Assembly: GCF_964355755.1 (NCBI RefSeq)
Contig: NC_092676.1
Span: 16,262,871-16,326,870 of the forward strand
Length of the DNA: 64,000 bases
Source: Antedon mediterranea
Lineage: Eukaryota; Animalia; Echinodermata
Reading direction: 5' to 3'
The translations under genes were made by a program, and so were the position numbers. The notes under the pieces are model-generated. The model ran no database searches. It saw only the letters and a program-made list of their open reading frames with translations, and was not told where the DNA came from. Positions 39,216 through 51,377 of the stretch are shown in pieces (position 1 is the stretch's first letter; each line of letters begins with the position of its first letter).

Positions 39216-42200
39216 TTTCTGATCAATTTGTGCCCCAAATAACCATTTAAATCAGTAGGTACTGTAGTCTGTTATGTTTTCATAGAACGCAACTGTGTTG
39301 ACATTTACTCCAGTTACTGAGCGCAAGTCACAGGCTCACAAAAAATGTTGACATAAACTTAGTTTCTCTCAGTTCCTTTGAGTTGCCCTGGTTTTATTTT
39401 TTTTTGGAACTGAAAATACTGAACAATGTCACACGTGCAGAAGGGTAACCGCGACCAGTAGCGATCAGTTCGATGTTTCCATATATGCGTCAATGTATAT
39501 TGCTTCCTATACAACTATGAATCGCGTTGTGCGAATTTTATGGTAACCGTAAACATACCAGTTACAATCAGTTGTCGACTTAAGCACTCGCTTACTGATT
39601 CCCTTGAGTTCTGTGTCAACCTACTGTAAGCGCACCTTAAAAGAGCGGAAACCATGACGGTCAGAGTTTTTAAACTAGGTGATATTTTGTTAAATAAAGC
39701 TCTGTCTACACTATCAAAAAAATGTGATGTGCCCATATGGTCACAATGACATCATATCACTACCAAGTGCATCAGTATAATTTCTTTTTTGGGACAACCC
39801 TGTTCTGGGTACACCCCTATTCAGAGGAACACCTTCCTGTGACATGAACAAGAGACAATGTATATTTTAACACTACAGCCAACCCCTATTCAATTGACAC
39901 CCCTATTCAGGGACACCAATAAGAGGGACACCTTCCTGTGAAACCAATAAGAGACAATGTATATTTTAAACTATTAACTACAGCAAACCCCTATTCAGGG
40001 GAAACCTATTAAGACGTCACCCCTATTAAAGAGACAATTATTTTACTGTATACTGTTAAATATATATATTCTTATCTTATACATCTTCAGGAAAATGGTT
40101 AGGCTTCCAATCAATGGACAATCAAATTTTAATATATGGAGCTCAGAATCGGTTGCGTCTGAACCGTAAGAAGAATTTCAAAGGGCACATGGTAGCAGGA
40201 TATGCTTGCCAGATGGGCTTCTCACCAGATATGAGGTAAAGTTCATTGCTTGCTGTCTTGCGCAGGCCTCAACCCTGCCATGCATCTTTTGTCTGCTAGG
40301 TTTTTTAATTCTCTATGTATATTGTGTTACTGCATACAAAGGAAGTTTAGTACATTTGTTTAACTAATTTGAGTACACTTATGAAATATGTTTTCATGAA
40401 GCGGCACAATGTTTAGCCTTAATCTTCCTGCAAAGAATGAAATCAAGTTAATCTGTGTCTGTATCTGATTACAATTAAACTCATTTTAATAGCTGGAAAT
40501 CGTAGCTTTACATGCTTGCAGATAAAAAGTAAAATGTATTCAATCTAAAATAATGTCTTGTAAAGGTGGCTACTGTTCCTACTAAACGCTGGTTTTAGCA
40601 AACATGCGGTTAGTATCAACTACAAACTGACAAAACAAAACAACAAAGATAGAGTTTGATAACTAAACATTTGAATGTCGTCATATTTGTTTAATACATC
40701 AGTAAAATAATGATTGCTTTTTCAGTTATGTGGTTTCTGGAGATGCAGATGGAAAGCTTAACATCTGGGACTGGAAGACGACCAAACTGTTCAATAAATT
40801 CAAAGCACATGATGGCGTCTCAATCGGCTGTATATGGCATCCTCACGAAACATCTAAAGTTATCACATGTGGATGGGATGGTCTTATTAAGCTCTGGGAT
40901 TAAGATCAGATGAATATTGATATGACTCAAATGTTCATGATTGGTCAAACTTATATCCATGCATTACATTCATTGGGAGATTATAATTAAGATCGATAGA
41001 TTAATAAGAGATTGATTTATACTCCAATTGGAAAGTCTTTAATTTATTTATTCAGTGTTTTCATCAGATTGGATTTCACTCATGAACATGAAGTACGAAC
41101 GTGAAGAACAGGCTTAACTTATCACATGTTCACAACCCCTTTGTTTTGAATGATCAGGTGGATTTTAAAGTTATGAGTACAGTATACTGTTGTACAAAAT
41201 TTATCATGTGATTGGGATTGGATAATTATACCTGTTTTACTAGGTATTCAGTTCTTATTCTTATGTACTGTGGGTACTCAATTACTGCCATTTTCGAAAA
41301 TACATGCATGCCCCTAACAGACAATGCGTGTTGATAAAGAAAACATACAAGTAGTATATGATTAATAAAAATACCACTCGCATTTCTTAAAATAAAAAGT
41401 TCAGTGTTCAACTTGTATATTTCTCGCAACATGATTGATATAAAGTAAATAGTGTAATGTAGTGTACAGATATAATGCTGTTTTTGTATACATTTTAATG
41501 TAAATAATCAATAAATGGGCAAATGCTTTTGATAAGATATAATAGTTCTGATTTTATTTGGTTATTATTAGTACTTTCTTTGATACTAATGCCAATACTG
41601 TAATAACATCTAAAATATGACTGCCACAAATCAGCCACTATTTTTCTTCAAATTAATATTGAGAAATGAATGCTTTTGATTCACTAATATTTCTAAAAAT
41701 AGATTATAGGTATGGGTATCAGTAGTGGCGATAAAAAAAAAAAATATTCAGTCACCTTATAAAAAAATCCTTTGCAATGAAAGGTCTAATGTCAATATTT
41801 CCCAATCACAAAATTAGCCTATAAAACCAAATAAAAAGTCACATTTAACACAAAATGTAATGTTTTTTAGTTCTGTTAAGACACCAATCAATGCAATCAA
41901 AAGAGCACATTCATCATTTTCACCAGGTCAACATTTTAACAAGTGATAATACTAAATAATGCAAAGTTATTGAAAGAGATCGATGGTCATAAATGTAATC
42001 ACATTATTTGATCGTAAAGTGATGTTATTTCTGATATTAAAAGTAAAAAGTGTAATTAAATTTATAGAGAAAATTAATCAAATGGTTCGAAGTTGCTGGT
42101 AGGATTCAATTCCCATGACGCCCAGATAAGAGCGTATTGATACACCAAGATACGGGCATAACCCGGCATATCAATTAACTCATAAAATGACACCCACCAA

Positions 42201-42434
42201 CTACCCATCAATTATGGAACCTGAGACAACTCTCAGATGAAGGTGTATGTTTTGACATGAAGTTTGCTATAATAATATAGTCATGTCAATTATTGTTTTA
42301 CTTACAATGAACATTTATATCTTTAGTATTAATAACAAGAGGCAACGTATAGAGAAATTTAATCAAATGTGTCTAAATGTATTCAATTACTGGTAGTCTG
42401 CAGATACGAGTGTCCTTCGATCTTAAACTAGTAG
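39216..42434 (+). pseudogene. Partial tandem duplicate of the CDC40 3' region (last two exons plus 3' flank)
   Basis: 39216-39765 copies 34421-34964, then jumps to copy ~36550-39215. Exons 11 and 12 are present intact at 40091-40235 and 40726-40903; exons 8-10 are missing; scattered SNPs and indels between copies. Confidence 0.88.
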
Positions 42435-42449
42435 GCTAATTTTCATATT

Positions 42450-43301
42450 TTAATCTTCGATCTTTATTTTCATTGCTGCTAACTTTTCGTAGTATGGCGT
42501 GCTATCTTCCACCAACTTCTTTACTTCATCACTTAGTTCCGATAATGGCGCTTCGGTTTCCGTACCAGGAGTGCGCACTGTGAAACCAGTGCTAGTGTAA
42601 GAATTGTCGTGCGCGTCAGTCATACAAGCGAACAACGATTGGACACTCTCTGCCCTCTGCCAGCGTTGATCAGGACCAGGCTTCCACTTTAGCATACTCT
42701 CACTATATTTAAGACCTACAATTTCACAGAATTTCTTCAAAATTTTACCGGGTGATATCGTAAGGTCGTCTGCATCAATGACAACAGGTTTTTGACCTAA
42801 GACATCCCGAACGTGCTCCAGTAACTCGAGCAAATTCCGATGCGGTGACCCCTGCAAAAACTTATCATTTTTACTGTAAAAGTTATCTTTTTCCACTCCA
42901 ACTCCTTTAGCTTTGTCTAAAAGTTTGTCAACAGAAACATGCACCTTGCTAGGCTTTCGGATCAGAAAAACATGTTGGTACCCTTGAGGGATGCATTCGA
43001 AGCGGCCATATATCGACTTTGCCCCATCTTTCGTGAACACCAAGTCTTTACCGGGATATTCCATCTCTAACGTATTTTTGACGTGCTCAAATGTGTAATT
43101 CTTGACATCCGGGAGATTTCCTAAAATTGAATCAAATTGTGGAATGATCATTGTTCTTTCAGGACCAAACATTTCAGCTGTGAAGAAAGGCTCTTGAAAG
43201 AGTTGTGCCTTCTCAAACGTAGACATGCTCTTCAGAAAGGCTGTCGACAAAGAGCGTGGAGTTATCCAAAGTGCGATACGAACTTGACGCTTTGGTTCCA
43301 T
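42450..43301 (-). CDS. Sulfotransferase-like P-loop protein (Sulfotransfer_5 / 'branched-chain-amino-acid aminotransferase-like protein' N-terminal domain), 283 aa
   Basis: RIALWITPRSLSTAFLKSM, FQEPF, VFTKD, HVFLIRKP, PVVIDADDL...PGKILKKFCEIVGLKYSESMLKW, STGF, PYYEKL. The ATG at 43301 directly follows a polypyrimidine-AG acceptor, implying non-coding upstream exon(s). Confidence 0.85.
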   Translation of the reverse strand: MEPKRQVRIALWITPRSLSTAFLKSMSTFEKAQLFQEPFFTAEMFGPERTMIIPQFDSILGNLPDVKNYTFEHVKNTLEMEYPGKDLVFTKDGAKSIYGRFECIPQGYQHVFLIRKPSKVHVSVDKLLDKAKGVGVEKDNFYSKNDKFLQGSPHRNLLELLEHVRDVLGQKPVVIDADDLTISPGKILKKFCEIVGLKYSESMLKWKPGPDQRWQRAESVQSLFACMTDAHDNSYTSTGFTVRTPGTETEAPLSELSDEVKKLVEDSTPYYEKLAAMKIKIED

Positions 43302-43542
43302 TCTAAAAAGTAAAAGAAAACTGTAAACTTTTAATATTAACAAAGAGCTTAAAAGAATTGTTAGAATAAAAATATATATTTAGGCCTACCTACGTATTAG
43401 AATGTCAACATGCACAAACGTGAACATTCAATCATGGTAACTCTTCCACACTGAACCTGAAATCAATATCAACTAGAAAGCCACTCCGGGAATGCATAAT
43501 TCCGTCTACTGTAACATTCTCCTACATAAGATTTCTCCGGAA

Positions 43543-43576
<34 letters not shown>

Positions 43577-44857
43577 TTTAATGCTGTGTATGCAAGCATG
43601 CGTATGCGAGTTTGGTGATTGTAAAGATTATGTAACCATCCTTTCAATAAACAGTAGTTCCAGTTTACTAACAATAACAGCAACGCCAACAACAAACATG
43701 TGCATTTGCAAAGAAATGGGTTTTGAAAAAAAAACAACCTGTACATTAAATCAAATTATGTTTTAAAATTACAAATCAGAAATCAGAACTTTTGCCTCCG
43801 GACAAGAGTTCTCGAGAAAATGCAATTTCAGTTTTCTTGTTAGGTTAAGACTGCTCTCCAGATTTTGAAAATTCTCTATTTTTTAAAACAAGCAGGTAGG
43901 TCTACGTCTAAACATAATACTAAAAAGTGGTCTAGAATTGAAACCGTGGTCCAGTTTGCCTCCAATGGAGTGGTCCTTGACCACATATCTATCTATATTT
44001 TCATTTTGGTAAAGATAAAAAATAACTTATTGAGTAATACTGCTAACAAATAGACAAACAGACACACGCGATCGACTACAATACCTTCTTGGCGGAGGTA
44101 AATAATCAGAGCCTCGCTTGTAATACGGTAAGTCAATCACTTGCGCTGCTTTCAGGTAATATGTTTTAATAGCGGCCTACTTATACGAGAACTTTTGAAC
44201 ATTATATAGGCCGAATTGTAGGCTACTCAAATAAATTCAGTACATTATATTGCGTCATCATCAACTTATGATGTCATACTATAATGTTTATCGAAATATA
44301 ATCTCGTATAATGATTATAATAATACGCTACGAAACAATAATTTTCTCAACTTTTGTCTTTTTTATTATATGTTTGAACGGTTTGATACAAAAATATAGG
44401 CCTATCTATAAATAATAATAAAAGTAAGTAGGCCTATACTTTGTATATTTTTTGCACAGTGAACAATAACAAAATGAATACGTTACCTGAGGCCTCCTAC
44501 AAGAATAACTAAGAGTTTATTTGTTCCAATTTGAATGATGATAAATGAATGGTGAGAGATGTTCTTTAAATAGTACACAGAAGTACCTGTAAGAATGTAA
44601 TATCCGGAAATGGATAAAAATAGACATTTTACACGACCAGTAGATTTAGCCTGCAATACACAATGGAAGGCTCATGTTATGTGTATACCACGATGATACT
44701 ACACAAACACTGTTGTAATAAGATTGGATTAGAACATTTAAGATTAAAATATTAGGTTTATGATGATGTAAAATTTGGTTGTAGGCCTACTGGTTGTTGT
44801 TCAAAAAGTATGTGTCATTCTAGCAAAATCATTACTATCACTAACACTGTCAATGCG

Positions 44858-45007
44858 GTCTACACTATCAAACGTTATGTGACACAAAATGTGATGTGTT
44901 CATTGGACATGGTGATGTCGATCACTACCATATTTGAGCATATCACTGCTATATTTGGGCATATCATACTTTTTTGTCAAACTAATTTTATAGTGTAGCC
45001 AGAACTA
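44858..45007. mobile_element. Harbinger-like MITE, AGCTCTGTCTACACTATCA family (degenerate)
   Basis: GTCTACACTATCAAAC...ATCACTACCATATTTG...ATAGTGTAG. Confidence 0.75.
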
Positions 45008-45059
45008 TAAACACTCTGACCACTAATCAAAATTCGAATTGTTGGACATTCAATCTTAA

Positions 45060-46560
45060 ATGTTTAGGTGTCAAAAGAAGAGTTTTTGTGTTCGGTATCG
45101 TAATAGAAAGTGTTCGGTCGTAACGAAGAACCCATTATTACGATACGGTAAGTCATCACGTGTAGTTACTGACATATAATAAATAAATGCCGATTCAAAA
45201 CAAGCGGGCCTTCGAGTTGTTAATGAAGGCTTGTCTGACCATCCCAACATTATCGAGAACTTGTTTGAATAACGTGTTCGTATTTCTACCACGCTTTGAG
45301 CATTTCTCATCTTGGAAGAATAGCTTTTCCGTCATCCGATCATTATCGGATCTAATCAGATGTGCAGCATAATTTCGTTGCTGGGTTTTGATGAATGTAG
45401 ATAAATCACATGTCTTACATATATTGTGAATGTCGCTGTTGGTGTATAACATTTTATAACATTCATCATCTAAAGTGTTTTTTCGCCGATAACCATTACG
45501 GATCATACGTCGTAAAAACGTACACCAGGTCGAATCAAGTTTATTTGATTGTGCAGACGTTAAAACCCAGTTATGACAATTGAATGTCAATCGACTTCGA
45601 ATATAAGCTTGTAGAAAAATCAAACGAGTTTGGAGAAGAATATTGTAATTTGATAAAACATTCTTCATTGATGACAATTTGTTTTTGGCAGATTCGATGC
45701 GACTATTGAATTCCACGTCTCCTGTGGTATTCTGGTCATGGACGATTTGAGAGCCAAGATAGCAAAACCTGGAGGTGTTTCTGATATCATCGGCGTAACC
45801 TGCCCAATCGAGTTGTGATGTGCCAACAGTTGGTCCACGTTTAATATTTGCACGTTCTTCGCGAGTAGTAGGTATTCGATATTTGAATTAAAAGAAATCT
45901 ATTCTCTGACTGGTTGCGTGATGCATGGAAATTCCCATTACAAAGTCAATATATAAATCAAACAATGGTGGAGATTTGGGACCTCCTTGACGAACACCAG
46001 CAGTTGTTGGTACGTTTCGTCCTTCAACACATCTTTGATGTGAGTACAAATTTTGAAGGATTTCAATAAGGTAGTGTTTTCGAGTTCTAGTGGTAAACGA
46101 AGGCGTATAGATGTCCAGAGCCTGGATCTAGCGATATGATCAAACGGTACGCGGCAGATAGATCGACAAAAAGAAAATATCCTGTCGTTGATTGATCGTT
46201 CGTGATTTGCTGACAAAGTTAGGTCACGAAGGTGGCATCATTGGTGCCACGATTTTGACGAAAGCCATATTGATTGTCAGTGAGCTGATGATCGTACCAC
46301 GATTGAAGTCTTGAAAGTATGATGTTGATGACACTTTTACCAACGATAGAGCCGATGTTAAGTCTACGATACATAGTTGGGTCCCGTTTCGAGTCTTTGC
46401 CCTTCCACAATGCTACAATTTTACCATTACCCCTACCTTATCTTTCCTAACTTTCTCGACAAGCTCCATAAAAAAGTTCATAAAATTGGAAGACTTTCTC
46501 GCATGTTTCAAAATATCAGGTGGAATGTCATTGGAAGCCTTTCGATTTTTCAGTTTAGCT
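45060..46560 (-). mobile_element. Decayed non-LTR retrotransposon (RTE-like) reverse transcriptase
   Basis: Frameshifted fragments: WKGKDSKRDPTMYRRLNIGS...RL...QLTDNQYGFRQNRGTNDA; FDHIAR..LW; NSRIESAKNKLSSMKNVL...TRL..LQAYIRSRLTFNCHNW...FLRRMI. Confidence 0.85.
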
Positions 46561-46879
46561 AAACTTTGCTCTTCATTAAAATTCGAAATAAAAACGCTTT
46601 TCCTGTAAATTCTGTTTTGGAAATAAGATACATCTATTTAACTTGTAAGTTAAAAGATTTAGCCTAGATACACTTATAAAATTGGAAAATAAATCAGTTA
46701 ATAATATCAATAATTATTTAAATGTAAATCATGAATTTACTACTAGTACTAGGTAGGCATAATACTATACCTAGCCTAGGGCCTAATGGAGAACAAATAG
46801 TATCTTCAAATGCAAACTTAGTTAGACCTAGGTCTATCATAATACGTAGTAGTACTAGCAGTAGTATTGCCTGTTGTAG

Positions 46880-47376
46880 AACTATGCCTGGTAGTAGTAA
46901 CAGTAGTAGTAGTAGTAGTAGTAACAATAGTATTAGTGGCACTTTGTCTACTAGTTGTTGTATTAGTATCGACAGTGGTAGTACTAGTAGTGGCACTAAG
47001 TCAAGGAGTAGTAGTAACAGTAGTAGTAGTAGTAGTAGTAACAGTAGTAGTAGTGGCACTTTGTCTACTAGTTGTTGTATTAGTATCGACAGTGGTAGTA
47101 CTAGTAGTGGCACTAAGTCAAGGAGCAGTAAGTAACAGTAGTAGTAGTAGTAGTAACAGTAGTAGTAGTGGCACTTTGTCTACTAGTTGTTGTATTAGTA
47201 TCGACAGTGGCAGTACTAGTAGTGTCACTAAGTCAAGGAGTAGTAGTAACAGTAGTAGTAGTAGTAGTAGTTGTAGTAGTAACAGTAGTAGTAGTGGCAC
47301 TTTGTCTACTAGTTGTTGTATTAGTATCGACAGTGGTAGTACTAGTAGTGGCATTAAGTCAAGGAGCAGTAGTAAC

Positions 47377-47413
<37 letters not shown>

Positions 47414-49124
47414 ACAGTAGTAGTAGTGGTACTTTGTCTACTAGTTGTGGTATTAGTATCGACAGTAGTAGTACTAGTAGTGGCACTAAGTCAAGGAGTA
47501 GTAGTAACAGTAGTATTAGTAGTGGCACTTTGTCTACTAGTTGTTGTATTATTTTTATTTTATTTATTTTTATTTATTTATTCGACTTCTCACTAACTCA
47601 GTAAGTGAAGGATCTGGACCAACAGGTGGTAAACACCTCTAAAACGGTCCAGTCCCAATTTGCACAGTGGCTGTGTGTGACAGTGGCTGTGTTTGTGTGG
47701 ACTAGTACACCGGGGTAACCCCCTACTCGTCTCGAAAGATGTACTAGGTTCTTTAAAGTGCGCATGAGCTATGGGTACACTGGACCTACGGTTTATAGTC
47801 CTTATCCGAGAAGACTCGTTCTACCACCAGAACCATGGAGCGAGTGAGCCTCGAACCCTTGCCGATGTTATGGCTACTTAATTACGGTTCCACTGTCTTA
47901 ACCGCTCGGCCACTAACTCACTCTAATATTAGTATCGACAGTGGTAGTACTAGTAGTGTTACTAAGTCAAGGAGTAGTAGTAACAGTAGTAGTAGTGGCA
48001 CTTTGTCTACTAGTTGTTGTATTAGTATCAACAGTGGTAGTACTAGTAGTGGCACTAAGTCAAGGAGTAGTAGTAACAGTAGTAGGCCTAGTGGCACTTT
48101 GTCTACTAGTGGCACTAAGTCAAGGAGTAGTAGTAACAGTAGTAGTAGTGGCACTTTGTCTACTAGTTGTGGTATTAGTATCGACAGTGGTAGTACTAGT
48201 AGTGGCACTAAGTCAAGGAGTAGTAGTAACAGTATAGTAGTAGTGGTACTTTGTCTACTAGTTGTTGTATTAGTATCGACAGTGGTAGTACTAGTAGTGG
48301 CACTAAGTCAAGGAGCAGTAAGTAACAGTAGTAGTAGTAGTAGTAGTAGTAACAGTAGTAGTAGTGGCACTTTGTCTACTAGTTGTTGTATTAGTATCGA
48401 CAGTGGCAGTACTAGTAGTGTCACTAAGTCAAGGAGTAGTAGTAACAGTAGTAGTAGTAGTAGTAGTTGTAGTAGTAACAGTAGTAGTAGTGGCACTTTG
48501 TCTACTAGTTGTTGTATTAGTATCGACAGTGGTAGTACTAGTAGTGGCATTAAGTCAAGGAGCAGTAGTAACAGTAGTAGTAGTAGTAGTAGTAGTAGTA
48601 ACAGTAGTAGTAGTGGTACTTTGTCTACTAGTTGTGGTATTAGTATCGACAGTAGTAGTACTAGTAGTGGCACTAAGTCAAGGAGCAGTAGTAACAGTAG
48701 TAGTAGTAGTAGTAACAGTAGTAGTAGTGGCACTTTGTCTACTAGTTGTTGTATTAGTATCGACAGTGGCAGTACTAGTAGTGTCACTAAGTCAAGGAGT
48801 AGTAGTAACAGTAGTATTAGTAGTGGCACTTTGTCTACTAGTTGTATTAGTATCGACAGTGGTAGTACTAGTAGTGGCATTAAGCCAAGGAGTAGTAGTA
48901 ACAGTAGTAGTAGTGGCACTTTGTCTACTAGTTGTTGTATTAGTATCGACAGTGGCAGTACTAGTAGTGTCACTAAGTCAAGGAGTAGTAGTAACAGTAG
49001 TAGTAGTAGTAGTAGTAGTTGTAGTAGTAACAGTAGTAGTAGTGGCACTTTGTCTACTAGTTGTTGTATTAGTATCGACAGTGGTAGTACTAGTAGTGGC
49101 ATTAAGTCAAGGAGCAGTAGTAAC

Positions 49125-49176
<52 letters not shown>

Positions 49177-49604
49177 ACAGTAGTAGTAGTGGTACTTTGT
49201 CTACTAGTTGTGGTATTAGTATCGACAGTAGTAGTACTAGTAGTGGCACTAAGTCAAGGAGCAGTAGTAACAGTAGTAGTAGTAGTAGTAGTAGTAACAG
49301 TAGTAGTAGTGGCACTTTGTCTACTAGTTGTTGTATTAGTATCGACAGTGGCAGTACTAGTAGTGTCACTAAGTCAAGGAGTAGTAGTAACAGTAGTATT
49401 AGTAGTGGCACTTTGTCTACTAGTTGTATTAGTATCGACAGTGGTAGTACTAGTAGTGGCACTAAGTCAAGGAGCAGTAGTAACAGTAGTAGTAGTAGTA
49501 GTAGTAGTAACAGTAGTAGTAGTGGCACTTTGTCTACTAGTTGTTGTATTAGTATCGACAGTGGCAGTACTAGTAGTGTCACTAAGTCAAGGAGTAGTAG
49601 TAAC

Positions 49605-49635
<31 letters not shown>

Positions 49636-49775
49636 ACAGTAGTAGTAGTAGTGGCACCTTGTCTACTAGTTGTATTAGTATCGACAGTGGTAGTACTAGT
49701 AGTGGCACTAAGTCAAGGAGTAGTAGTAACAGTACTAGTAGTGGCATTAAGCCAAGGAATAGTAGTTGTAGTAAC
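46880..49775. repeat. Compound satellite built on (AGT)n, unit ~85-130 bp
   Basis: Constant blocks GGCACTTTGTCTACTAGTTGTTGTATTAGTATCGACAGTGGTAGTACTAGTAGTGGCACTAAGTCAAGGAG separated by variable (AGT)n/AACAGT runs; interrupted by a SINE. Confidence 0.97.
47552..47926 (-). mobile_element. Full-length tRNA-derived SINE with Deu/Nin central domain
   Basis: Minus strand: A box TGGCCGAGCGG, B box GGTTCGAGGC, core TCGGATAAGGACTATAAACCGTAGGTCC...TTAAAGAACC...GAGTAGGGGGTTACCCCGGTGT, (AATAA)n tail; TATTA duplicated at 47547-47551 and 47927-47931. Confidence 0.85.
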
Positions 49776-51377
49776 GACGTGACATAGAATGTAGAATTGA
49801 ATGAAATAGGGAAGGCTAAATACTAGATATTCTAGGTAGATGATGATGCTTGTTGCATTGAATTACGCATTATGCATTATTTACCAAAAACGCATTTTTT
49901 TTTGTAAATTGCAGCTGTTAAACAATAGTAGTTGGTAGATAGATTTGTTAAAGCGGACATTTACATTGACTAGCATTTTTTGAAAGAAAGATTAAAGAAC
50001 GGGCCTGTACTAATTGGAGAAATGATATTATCTTCTCTCTATCAGACAATCACACTAATTCCCTTGGCTACAACAAATTAATAAATTCTAGTCCAATTCA
50101 GTCAGGGTCATGGTAAATATCTTTTAATATTATTTGTTATGTATCACATCATAAACAATTAATAATAACATTTTAATACAAAAATAATGAAAACACATCC
50201 GGTACTGTAGCAATTACATTGTGGCTATACTGTATTGACATTTTATATTGTATTGAGTTCAAAATTGCAATATAAAGTTCTTTGCATCGGGCCTTTACGA
50301 AGGATATATATCTAGTATGTAATAATTTTGAATGATGGGTTATAAAGATGTTGAATGATTTAAAAAATAATACATTTCAGTGAAAATATGGTAAATGGTA
50401 AATACAATAATTTATGTTCAGTAAAAATTGCTGTGGACATATCGCGCTGCGCCTGGTTTCTCATTAAAGGCCAGGTGCGGCCACAACCTTTCTATTGACC
50501 ATACATTTCAATAATTATCGATCTTTAGTTTCCCTTATGTTTCATCATTTTTGGGGTTTTATTTGTGTTACATGAGCTTGTTGAAAATAAGCACCTTCTT
50601 ATCAGTGGGGGATAGTTCAAATTACAGAGTAAAATCTCTATTCTTGTGTACACAACTTTTGTAAATAGAAGGCATTTCAAAAAGCTATGAAAGATAAACG
50701 GTGTGGTAAAAAATTTTATCAGATGACTAAATATAGCTAATATAACTTGAATTTTACATTTTTGGTATTTTTATTCAACTTCAGATTTTTATTTTCATGC
50801 TATAGCAAAAATTATCCACCTTCTATCCACCATCTTTTTCACCTTCTAGGGCGTCAGCAGACATGTTATTACATTAGGTTAAACTACCTAACTACTGAAA
50901 AAAAGTCTTCCTTCCTTTTATGGCAGAATTTTGCAAAATTTTGTATTTGACCATATTAAGGGAAATTCATGTTTTTTCGTCTTGATTTCTGTTACAAATC
51001 ATTGATTTATGTACAATTAACCAGATATTATATTTAAAATGCATGACTGTACCTGAACTTTAAGCTGTATATTCACGCTTTCAAGATTATAGACTGATAT
51101 TATTACAGTATACAATTGTTGGCGAAGTAAGTAAGTAAAGTAATCGGCAGATAGTTAAAAATGTATAACGTGTAAATGCCATTTGAATTTCGTCTTAGCA
51201 ATTTAGTATTATTAATTAGCAATTATATTTTAAATAAAATTCAATAGAACGAATACTTCCTTTATATTGACGTTGTTGAAATGTTTGTCTTACTAACTAA
51301 ACACCAGGTGCTCACATCCGCATCTTCCTTTACAAAATGGAATGTAATATAAATGTTTAATTTCTTATTCTTATTAT

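Noticed and set aside
47840-47926. tRNA gene
   Set aside because: A/B boxes are present but continue into a SINE core and tail; no CCA-proximal acceptor stem or terminator.
46718-49787. Long ORFs (650-aa Ser-rich, 479-aa Leu-rich, 472-aa Val-rich)
   Set aside because: Simply translations of a triplet-based satellite, open in several frames and on both strands; the 650-aa start codon lies within an antisense SINE.
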